Under the pieces are notes generated by a model. The model had not been told where the DNA came from, searched no databases, and saw nothing but the letters and a program-made list of their open reading frames with translations. From NCBI GenBank assembly GCA_951406725.2, contig OX597815.1, positions 43,152,001-43,216,000 on the forward strand: a stretch of 64,000 bases of DNA. The letters are read 5' to 3'. Position 1 is the stretch's first letter; every line of letters begins with the position of its first letter. Both the position numbers and the translations under genes were made by a program. This DNA is from Octopus vulgaris. Taxonomy: Eukaryota. Shown one piece after another: positions 53,326 through 64,000 of the stretch.

Positions 53326-53543
53326 AAGATAGATATACAAACAGCTAGCGAGCTAGCTATATAGATAGATAGATAGTTAGATAGATTTTGTAACTCTTAC
53401 GGCAAGCGACAGTGTATTGTTAGTCTCATTAAGTAAAATGCGTTGAGTCATTGTCTCTCCCCGCGCTCTCATATACATGTGTATATTAACGGTTGTTTTG
53501 TTAGAAGTTATAAAAACAATTTGATATTGCAGTGAAGGGTCAT

Positions 53544-54152
53544 TCAATACATTTTTGTTGAGTGCAAAGAAATGGTCAACAGCAATTTCGAAGTTTCAGC
53601 TTGCCTGCCGTCATCAGATAGTCTGGTGATGTCCCTTACCACTATGTTGATATCATCGACATAGCGAGAGTACATGTTCATGAACATGTAGTTCTGTGTC
53701 AGGCGTTCTTTAAGCCTTTTGTCCCACCATACCATGAAAAGGTTGGCCACATCACCGGCGATGCTAACCTCAATGGCTGCCCCCTCATCCTGGGCGTATA
53801 TTTTGTTGTTAAACTTAAACGTGTGGCCTTTTAGGGTAACTTTTATACGAGCTCCTAGTGCATGTGCGATCATTTTCTTTACTTGATATTCGTTTTCGGG
53901 GTTCCGTAAAGTTCTGGTCCATCCGCTCCATCCCTCTATAGGAGCCTTCCTAGCCATAGATATAATTATGGGTGGCCTACCTCTTAAACGTCTTCTGGGG
54001 CAGATATTTCTAAGGTCATGTTTGTCTAGATATTCATTGTCATATGTCAGTCTAAGTAGGGGGCCCAGTTCCTCTGTGTTGTCATTGCGGAACTCTACTT
54101 CGCTCTCGCTGATCAACTCCACGCACTTCTCCACCGCAAAATCCACGTCCAA
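53544..54152 (-). pseudogene. Penelope-like element reverse transcriptase fragment
   Basis: HTFKFNNKIYAQDEGAAIEVSIAGDVANLFMVWWD...YSRYVDDINIV: RT motifs with PLE-style spacing; truncated at both ends. Confidence 0.8.
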
Positions 54153-54360
54153 ATAGTGTTATATTTCATCCATAGAAGAAAAGAATGGACTAAGCGGAGC
54201 ATGAGGATACACGAGGACGGAAAGTGTAGCTGGAGAGGTCACAAATGTGTGACAAAAGATTTCCGGACAATGGACATCAGTTAAAATAAGAACAGTAATA
54301 ACGGAGTGAAAAACGAAAATATTGTGCGTGAGTTTATTTGGCAAAAAAAAAAATGAACAG

Positions 54361-54451
<91 letters not shown>

Positions 54452-54454
54452 TGT

Positions 54455-54652
54455 GTGTATGTGTGTGTCTGTGTTTGTACTCCCACCATCGCTTAACAAC
54501 TGATGTTGGTGTGCTTATGTCCCCGTAACTTAGCGGTTCGGCAAAAGGGACCGGTAGAATAAGTACTAGGCTTACAAAGTCCTGGGGTCGATTTGTTCGA
54601 CTAAAGGCGGTGCTCCTACATGGCCGCAGTCAAACGACTGAAACAAGTAAGA
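54455..54652 (+). mobile_element. SINE family A, 3' half
   Basis: Starts in (TG)n and matches the family A tail. Confidence 0.85.
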
Positions 54653-54869
54653 GTATAAAAAGAGAGAATCCCGAAATGTTAACAAGGGATTATTAATTCG
54701 TGCGAAATATTTTATAAGCTCTCTGTTAAGATATCAGGCTAACAATATTTTTTTTAGATTAGTAAAGAATCCTGCATATTCTTGTTGCATGGTCCGAGGT
54801 TACAGTTTATCACCACTCGATACTGTAAACCCACGTTTCTATCCCCTGTTATACTGGTCTTGTACACAG

Positions 54870-55168
54870 AGTGATATAAAAGACAAAGCATAAATAATGA
54901 TTACTACATGTTTCTTAATTGCAGTAAATTTGACTAACATCTGTTTCCGGTAGTCATTATATGTTCGTTATTGATCGCTTTACTCAGTCGGTCCACTGAT
55001 CGGTTGAGACCTAGAGAATTAATGGTATCCTCATCAGAGTCACTGTGTACACTAAGTAAACCAATCAATAAGGAACTTACAATGGTTACCGGAAACAGCT
55101 GTATAACAAATTTAAGTACAATAAAGAAATATGAAATAACCACTATTTACACCTTGACTCATACACTT
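54870..55168. mobile_element. Diverged fold-back element with hammerhead (family H3)
   Basis: Arms ~54870-54987 and ~55051-55168 are imperfect reverse complements; right end abuts (TATG)n. Confidence 0.65.
54931..55042 (-). ncRNA. Type I hammerhead ribozyme motif
   Basis: Minus strand TGACT-CTGATGA-GGATACCATTA...TAATGACTACCG-GAAAC-AGAT-GTT-AGTCA; stem I TGACT/AGTCA is perfect. Confidence 0.7.
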
Positions 55169-55369
55169 GTATGTATGTATGTATGTATGTATGTATGTAT
55201 GTATGTATGTACGTACGTATGTATGTATGTATGTATGTATGTATGTATGCATGTATGCATGCTTGTATGTATGTATGTATGTATGTATGTATGTATGTAT
55301 GTATGCATGCATGTATGTATGTGTGTATGTATGTATGTATGTATGTATGTATGTATGTATGTATATATT

Positions 55370-55602
55370 TTTTTTCTTTACTACCCACAAGGGGCTAAAC
55401 ACAGAGGGGACAAACAAGGACAGACAAAGGGATTAAGTCAATTACATCGACCCCAGTGCGTAAATGGTACTTAATTTATCGACCCCGAAAGGATGAAAGG
55501 CAAAGTCGACCTCGGCGGAATTTGAACTCGGAACGTAGCGGCAGACGAAATACGGCTTCGCATTTCGCTCGGCGTGCTAACGTTTCTGCCAGCTCACCGC
55601 CT
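55370..55602 (-). mobile_element. SINE family B monomer
   Basis: Full match. Confidence 0.9.
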
Positions 55603-55916
55603 GTGTATGTATGTATATATGTAAATGTGGCGCTTGTGTCAGCGCGTAAGAAATGTTAAAGGATTTTTTTTTTGTGTATTTATATATAGTTTGTGTATGT
55701 ATTAAGAGCAGAAATAGGGCGTCAATGGAAAGTCAAAGGTTCTGTTGAATAAGAGTTAACAGAGCAGAAAACTCCCGGAAATTCAGTTTTATGTACAACA
55801 GAGACACGTTAGTATATTGTTAGTTGTGTTGTATTAGTTGATTAGAATTCGAAAATAGACAACACAAACGTACAAACATAGATGTACAGAAACACAAGCA
55901 TAAGGCATACACAAAC

Positions 55917-56610
55917 TGGCTGTGTGGAAAGTAGCTTGCTTACCAACCACATTGTTCCGGATTCAGTACCACTGCGTGGCACCTTGGATAAGTGTCTTCT
56001 ACTATAGCCTTGGGACGACCAAAGCCTTGTGAGTGGATTTGCTAGACGGAAACTGAAAGACGTCGTATATATGTATATACATACATATATATACATATAT
56101 ATATATATATATACTAGCAGTATCGCCCGGCGTTGCTCGGGTTTGTAAGGGAAATAACTATATAAGCATTTTTAGAGAGTTACTTCCCTTATAGATGCGA
56201 ATTCGGGCTTTCTTAGCCATTTCTGTTTTGGTGTCTTCAAGCCATGAAGTCGTTGTTCTAAAAGAACGCTGGTCTCCTTGATAACGCTTTATGACGTTGA
56301 TTTCCTTACACTCCCTTCCCCACAGCTTCACGAGGGAGGGAAGAAGGAGGAGAAGCAAACAGGTGCAGGTGTGACCATGGACGCCAACTCCGCCGCCATC
56401 GACACACGAAAAATTATGCATTAAAATGGAATAAAAAATTATGTTAAATTATTTTTAAAATCGTAGACTCATCGTAGACGCACGCTAATACTCAGACGGG
56501 CTCGATATGAATCACGACTATAAGATACCCGAATTTGGTTAAACTGCATCGCAAAATGTGGGAGTAGTTAGGAATCTAAATCGAAGGGGACAGACACTCA
56601 CACAACTACA

Positions 56611-56682
<72 letters not shown>

Positions 56683-56888
56683 TGTGTCTGTGTTTGTCCC
56701 CACAACATCGCTTGACAACCGATGCTGGTGTGTTTACGTCCCCGTAACTTAGCGGTTCGGCAAAAGACACCGATAGAATAAGTACTAGACTTAGAAAGAA
56801 TAAGTCCTGGGGTCGATTTGTTCGACTAAAGGCGGTGCTCCAGCATGGCCGCAGTCAAATGACCGAAACTAGTAAATGAGTAAAAGAG
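55917..56888 (+). mobile_element. SINE family A with a Helitron inserted in its internal (TA)n
   Basis: 5' half 55917-56065 and 3' half ~56680-56888. Confidence 0.88.
56114..56625 (-). mobile_element. Non-autonomous Helitron, copy 2, with extra internal segment
   Basis: CTAG end and hairpin identical to the 29652 copy; ~230 bp at 56183-56412 is absent from that copy. Confidence 0.88.
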
Positions 56889-57430
56889 ATGTGTATTTAT
56901 GTATTACTGCATGACCGCAATTACCATAGTGTAGTTTGCTCTAACAGAACATCCGCGTTTAAGTGGGGATAAATACTACCTCTCAGTATTAACACTGACT
57001 CTGTCGCTAATAAGTATTTTTTTTATTAAATGTCTATGGTGTGTAAGAGTGTGAGTGCAAATGCACTTGCCTACAATCCTCTCATAACACAAAATTCTCT
57101 ATATTTCTATACTTATAGCTACAGAATATTCGCTGATTTTATATTTCTTTAACAAGATCTCTGCACTTTTCTTTCTGATCATATATGTGCGCATGCGTGT
57201 TGTGTCTGAGTGTATGCGTGTTGTGTCTGAGTTGTATGTGTGTATGCAGCTTTATGTTGATAATAACAGAAAAAAGTGCCACCCAAATAAAATATTATTT
57301 AGTAAGGAATTCACTCTTTTCTCCATCATTATACTGACTATGGAAATAAGAACTGCCGTTTAAATCTTTATCAATCATAAGTTCACCAATAAAATGGCAG
57401 TTACGAGCATCATATTTATTATTCAACAGA

Positions 57431-58215
57431 AGGCGGCGAGCTGCCACAAACGTTAGCACGCCGGTCGGAATGCGTAGCCATATTTCGTCTGCCGTTACGT
57501 TCTGAGTTCAAATTCCGCCGAGGTCGACTTTGCCTTTCATCCTTTCGAGGTCGATTAAATAAGTACCAGTTACGCACTGGAGTAGATGTAATCGACTTAA
57601 TCCGTTTGTCTCTCCTTGTTTGTCCTCTCTATGTTTAGCCCATTGTGGGTAGTAAAGAAATAGGAATTTCGTCTGCCGTTACGTTCTGAGTTCAAATTCC
57701 GTCGAGGTCGACTTTGCTTTTCATCCTTTCGGCGTCGATTAAATAAGTACCAGTTACGCACTGGAGTCGATGTAATCGACTTAATCCGTTTGTCTCTCCT
57801 TGTTTGTCCTCTCTGTGTTTAGCCCCCTGTGGGTAGTAAAGAAATAGAAATAGGTATTTTGTCTGTCGTTACGTTCCGAGTTCAAATTCCGCTGAGGTCG
57901 ACTTTATTTTTCATCCTTTCGGGGTCTATAAATTAAGTACCAGTTACGCACTGGGATCGATGTAATCAACTTAATCCCTTTGTCTCTCCTTGTTTGTCCT
58001 CTCTGTGTTTAGCCTCCTGTGGGTAGTAAAGAAATAGAAATAAGTATTTCGTCTGCCGTTACGTTCCGAGTTCAAATTCCGCCGAGGTCGACTTTATCTT
58101 TCATCCTTTCGGGGTCGATAAATTAAGTACCTGTTACGCACTGGGATCGATGTAATCGACTTACCCGTCCCACCAAATTTCAGGCCTTGTACAAATGGTA
58201 GAAACGTTATTATTA
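57431..58215 (+). mobile_element. SINE B tetramer: one head and four tandem bodies
   Basis: ~180-bp unit restarting at ATTT(C/T)GTCTG near 57481, 57665, 57855 and 58045; last unit ends in the short-tail variant. Confidence 0.9.
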
Positions 58216-59100
58216 TTCAACATGACTCGTTAACCCTAAGACGCAAAAAAAAAGCAATGAACTTGATTCACAACCGATCACTCACTAAAGCTTCTAGCAC
58301 ACCCATCTCTCTATCTTCATTCTCGTTTTGCTTTCTTTCGGAACTATAATGGTTGCCTCTCACCTCCACGTAGTCTCATCCAACCCTCCTCCTCCTCCCA
58401 TCTTGTTTCATGACAGTATCTTGTCTCTTCTCACAGGCACCGTATTAACTTCTTCACCCAATATTTTTGCTTTGCTAGAACGTCATTACTTTGTTGTTTC
58501 CTCTCTACTCGAGTTCGTTTTTTTTTTTTCGCGCTTTCTCTCTCCCTTTTATTTTTCCGATATCGAATTACAAATGTTCTAACAGAACATCAAACTTATC
58601 AAATTCAAAAGTCTCACAGAGCTCCCATAGTTGCTACTACTCCTTTCACTTCAATGGGCATTTTTTTTTCCAAGGCTCAGTAGAATTTTGTGACTGGAGG
58701 TAATTGTTCGTATAATGATTATCAATATCTCACAGCTATTTATTTATCAACCACAAAAATGAAAATCACACTAGATAACACTGAACTCAACTTGAAACAG
58801 TGAAGTAACAAATCTACTGTAAAAGAATTTGATACATATCTCAGCTAGATATGCTAATCCAGGAATTTATTTGCTACATTTTGGAGACATTAATTATAGT
58901 TTCACCACCACTCTGGCTCAGATATCGTAGATCATATCACTCTTAAACATCTTAACATCCTTTCAAATGATATTTTACAATAATAAAACACAGAACTGTA
59001 AGAATTTTAGAACTTTATTTTTTTCTTTTATTCTTTTACATGTTTCAGTCGTTTGACAGTAGTCATGCTGAAGCACCACCTTAAAGGTTTTTTTTATTTA

Positions 59101-59422
59101 TTTTTTACGTAGAACACAACCTCTAAGTAACTGATTCGTAAGTAACAACCTTGAATCTCAAGGCATAACTAGCCTGGGGTGGAGTTCGAATCAATATGAT
59201 CATTTAAAAAAATTTATTATACAATTTATTGAATTGTTCGACTAGTTAGTTAGTTAGAAAATTAACTAACTAACTAACTAGTCGAACAATTCAACAAATT
59301 GTATAATAACTTTTTTAAAATGATCATAATGATTCGAACTCCACCCCAGGCTAGTTATGCCTTGAGATTCAAGGTTTTTACTTAAGAATCAGTTACTTAG
59401 AAGTTGTGTCCTACGTAAAAAA
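59101..59422. repeat. ~157-bp-arm palindrome with 8-nt spacer
   Basis: 59101-59257 versus 59266-59422; follows a truncated SINE A tail (59028-59090). Confidence 0.9.
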
Positions 59423-59703
59423 AATATTGTGATTACATTTTAACCGATTATTTCTTCGCCCTTCTTGCTCAGTGATTGAAGAATGCATGGTAGTTTCTTC
59501 GTTTGGTTTTCGTTCTTGAACATATCTACGCAGTAACTATTTAATTTCCTTTCTCTTTGTCGCAATCGTTCTTGAATGTTAGATGATGAAGATATGAATC
59601 TTTCAACACAATCCACCTAGACAAAAAGACAACAGTAATAGTATTCGCAAAACAACAACAACAACAACAAAAAAATACAGGACTTAAATGCCTTAAGTGC
59701 GAT

Positions 59704-60111
59704 TAGCTGGCACAAGCGTTAGCACTGCGGGCGAAATGCATAGCCGTATTTCGTCTGCCGTTACGTTCTGAGTTCAAATTCCGCCGAGGTCGACTTTGCC
59801 TTTCATCTTTTCGGGGTCGATAAATTAAGTACCAGTTACGCCCTGGGGTCGATGTAATCGACTTAATCCGTTTGTCTGTCCTTGTTTGTACCCTCTGTGT
59901 TTAGACCCTTGTGGGTAGTAAAGAAATAGGTATTTCGTCTGCCGCTACGTTCCGAGTTCAAATTCCACCGAGGTCGACTTTGCCTTTCATCCTTTCGGGG
60001 TCGATTAAATAAGTACCAGTTACGCACTGGGGTCGATATAATCGACTTAATCCGTTTGTCTATCCTTGTTTGTCCTCTTTGTGATTAGCCCCTTGTGGGT
60101 AGTAAAGAAAT
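59704..60111 (+). mobile_element. SINE B dimer
   Basis: Head plus two bodies; junction GAAATAGG|TATTTCGTCTG near 59930. Confidence 0.9.
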
Positions 60112-61588
60112 TAGTATTTATCATAAAATATATTGACTCAGAAGTGGTCTGGAGAAAGTTTGTGATGAAAACTCTTTAATACATTTTCTTATTGAGTCAA
60201 TGAATGCTGTTTTGGCGGAAGACACAGCCTTTACTTTCATTCTTTGCATTTCTTAAAAAATGTATCCAACCGTTTCAGCTTCGACGAGAGTTAAACTGAA
60301 ATGTTTACAGTTCTTAAACATGTTCTCTCAATCAGTAGGAAAAATCTCCTGGTGGTGTTAATGATTCGGTTCTTATCTGTCTCTGTGTTCACATGTATAT
60401 CACCTGTAATTGCTTACACAATTAATTTCTAAAAACAGTTCATATATATGAAACTTTTAAGGCAGAGCTTCAGCATGGGCGCAATCAAATGACTGAGACA
60501 AGTAAGAGAATAAAAGAATATATTGACATCTCTAATTGAGAAGTTCTACAAAAATAATGCTTTTGGAGCCTTAAGACGAACCACTGACAGCTTTTGTCCT
60601 TCATATGACCATGGTATATTTAACCTCCTGGGAAAGTAACCAAATGAGAATTACATTTCCCAGCTAGTGCTCATTTGTTCCTGTCTGAATTTGTATATTT
60701 CAGTGCGTAAATTTTACTTGACTACTTTTGTTTATTGGTCTGTGAGAATTTTTGTATTTGTATTATCTGGTGCATAGGATGTTGAGTATGTTTCCGCCCG
60801 TTTTACATACGTATTAGTGGGAATTGTCGGTCGTAGAACAATGATAGGCACGCGACGAGTTTTGTAATCTAATTTGGATCTCCTTTTGAGTCATTTCGTA
60901 TGACTTACGCACATTGCCTGTAGTTTTCAGCTTATCCTATTAACATAGGAATGGATAGGCCTTATTTACTGACTTGCCCTAGACACATTATGTGAAAGCA
61001 ATTTTTAACGATGATTTCAGGCGCAAAGACTTTTTTCTTTGCTTTTGTCTTTTAGTCTTTTCAGTATACCTGCTTTATAAAGTTAAACTCCTACCACTAA
61101 CGCACCCAACCGCACACTTTTCCTACATAAACGATGCCAAATCCAGTCTCTTCATCACGAAGCGATACCCCTGTCAGTCAATAAATGACTACACTTAATT
61201 CACCCCAAAGTTTATTTTATCACGCTAATTTTCTTTTTAACACAAAGTATGTGTTGCTACTACCTCTCCCTATCTCTGGCAACCACCCCTTTAGTTTACT
61301 AAATTCTACCCAAACTTCTGTCTTATGTGTGGATTGGTTTACACTTCCATTACGTTACCTTTTACTTCATTTATTTTGATCTACTTATTCAGACAACTAT
61401 TCCTTTTCTTCTTTTTCATTATATTTCTTTTTATTATTCATGTAATTTATCTATTTAATTCTATTTATTTTTATTTAATTTATTTTACCCAGAATTTTCT
61501 ACTCTTATCCCTATCCATTGTTGATTCCGTTTATTTTTTAAAATCTGTCTGTCTGTCTCCTCTCCCTCTCTCTCTCACTGTCTTTCTG

Positions 61589-61677
<89 letters not shown>

Positions 61678-61749
61678 TAGTATCTACTTTCTCGATAATC
61701 TTATGAAGTCGCAATCTTGGAGTGATGGGTTTTAAGTCTTTGCCCAAAT

Positions 61750-62870
61750 GGATTGAAATCTTCCAGTCAGATTATGTGCTCTGACAGAGTTCTCTATGAC
61801 CCATATTCTGTCATCTCTGGTGTATTCCAAGGTTTGCCCATGTCATCCACAATCTTCCTCCTGTATATTAACGATCTCTTCACAGTCATATCTGGCAATG
61901 CCATCCTTTTTATTAAACTTTTGATTCCCCTCATCCTCGTTAGACTTCTTTACGTTTGTGTCATCTGCATACAACTTATACACCTTACACCAAACTTTTA
62001 CTGCCTCCATTCTTCAATGTTGTCTTGAAAATCATTCAACGACACACAGACAAATTACAGCAAATATCAATAAAACCATATTGAATCATTAGTTTTGACC
62101 GATATGCGATTGAAGTCCACAAAGTAGCTACAAATTCTAGAGCTTGTTATCTCTGATGGCCTTTTTCGGAGAATACACAGTCATAACATAGCGGTTTTAA
62201 ATTTTGGTACAATGCCAGCAATTTCAAGGGAGCGGGTTAGTCGATTACATCAGCTCCAGTGCTCAACTGTTACTTATTTTATCGACCCAGTAAAGACTAA
62301 AAAAATTCGAGCTAGGCAGAATTTGAACTCAGAACGTAAAGACGGACGAGATGCCGCCAAGCATTTTTGCTCGGTGCGCTAACGATTCTGCCAGCTCACC
62401 GCCTTTCACGATCATAGCATATTAAAATCTACTCCTCAAGAAGCATAACCTTAATTTCGGAGCTTGGACATATTGTAGCTTTGATCAACAACTTATTCCC
62501 TTCAAAGTTCAGGACATAACTACAATAAAATGCTATTCTAACATCTAGTGTGGTAGTGCTACTGCTCACACAAACATCCTAAATCGCATCCAAAAGAAAA
62601 TCTTGATCCTGTAAACTCTAACCCTAACATATACTGTATCTTCTCTCTCCTCTTAAACTATAACTGCCTCTACTCTCCTGAACAAGCTATTTATGCATTA
62701 CCTCAATCCAAGCGGAACTAACACATTCGTTCTCCCATTCTGGTCGGTCCTGCTATATATCATCTTTTCCTGAATCTGCTCTTTCTACAGAACGTCGACC
62801 ATCTGGAATTCCTTCGAATGTGCGTATTTCCTGCTGATGTCAAATTACATATGCTGAAGTTGAACAATAG
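61750..62870 (+). pseudogene. Highly decayed CR1/L2-group LINE RT and 3' region, interrupted by a SINE B (62193-62405, minus)
   Basis: VISGVFQGLPMSSTIFLLYINDL matches the SGVPQGSVL.P.LF..YINDL RT motif; RTSTIWNS-type C-terminal remnant near 62790. Confidence 0.7.
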
Positions 62871-63054
62871 CGGGTGTCGTAGTTGTAATCTTTTATCTGT
62901 GATCAAAAACTTATACTTTGAATACGTATGATTCTTTTCTTTCTATTTTTCCTGGGAGTTATTCAACAATTTTCGCGAACCATTTTTTAATCTGATTCTC
63001 ATCTCTATTGTTATATGTTATAGTCTCTTCTCCGTTCGTATTTATCAAATTTAG

Positions 63055-63084
63055 TATGTGTGTGTGTGTATGTATATATATATA

Positions 63085-63181
<97 letters not shown>

Positions 63182-63275
63182 GATGATAGATAGAGATAGA
63201 TATATATATAAACATACATACATACATACATACATACATATGTATGTGTATGTATGTATGTATGTATGTATGTAT

Positions 63276-63318
<43 letters not shown>

Positions 63319-63452
63319 GTATATATGTGTATGTATATATATACAGATAGATAGATACATACATACATAAGTATGTATATGTATATGGATATGTGTGTGT
63401 ATATACATATATATATGTATGTGTGTGATATATATGTATATGTGTGCATATG

Positions 63453-63485
<33 letters not shown>

Positions 63486-63560
63486 ATATATATGTAATAT
63501 GTATATATATTTATATATATATATATATATATGTATACCTACATACACACACACATATTC
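63055..63560. repeat. Compound (TA)n/(TACA)n microsatellite field
   Basis: Direct reading. Confidence 0.95.
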
Positions 63561-64000
63561 TAATATGATAGAGATAGAGGTAAATATAATGGTAGTATAA
63601 TAGTTCCTATTGGATGTAAAAGAATTTGTGCGCGCGCGCGTGTGTGTTTCTCTGTGTCTGTCTTGTGAGAGTGGAAATCTTATGGACCGGAAATTACCAT
63701 TGTCTAGTTTGTCACTTTAGTTCCTTTAGTTAATTACATTTGTCTGTGGAGTTCGCTACAGGGGTTTACCGAAGCTTCGAATTTTGATCATTTTTACAAT
63801 AATATACATACGTGTAAGTATGCGTGTGTTGGGTGTTAACATGTGTGTATATGCGCATGTGTATAGAGCGCGCGGCACCATTAAGCACTACTTAAGAAAC
63901 ACTAATCACACAAGCTTCTCTTCTATGAACTTCCCCCACCAGCAGTCGGCTCCAACCCCACCACGTGACTTTCCTAAAACTATTTCCAAAGATATGTTAA

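Noticed and set aside
57431-58215. Repeat array resembling CRISPR
   Set aside because: Units are ~180-bp SINE bodies without unique spacers; eukaryotic context and no cas genes.

Overview
Eukaryotic, AT-rich, repeat-dense DNA with no convincing intact host gene. The SINE content and extreme (TA)n/(CA)n/(TACA)n/(TAA)n density suggest a coleoid cephalopod, most likely Octopus (inference), in a large intron or gene desert. Nearly all listed ORFs are microsatellite translations. Recognisable content: four tRNA-headed SINE families (A-D here), mariner/Tc1/Tigger and hAT relics and MITEs (some nested, with TSDs), two non-autonomous Helitrons, RTE, R4/Dong-like and CR1/L2-like LINE fragments, a Sola3-like transposase relic and a Penelope-like (PLE) RT fragment. 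The most notable signal is a recurrent class of small non-coding insertions, mostly in or beside (TA)n/(TAA)n tracts, built as fold-back hairpins with a one-sided 3' tail. Several carry type I hammerhead ribozyme cores with unusually long stem II inserts (11525, 25750, 39923, 54931, plus degenerate copies). This looks like a multi-family, microsatellite-targeting, ribozyme-bearing PLE-derived (retrozyme-like) system. All coordinates and alignments were read by eye; no searches or folding were run.
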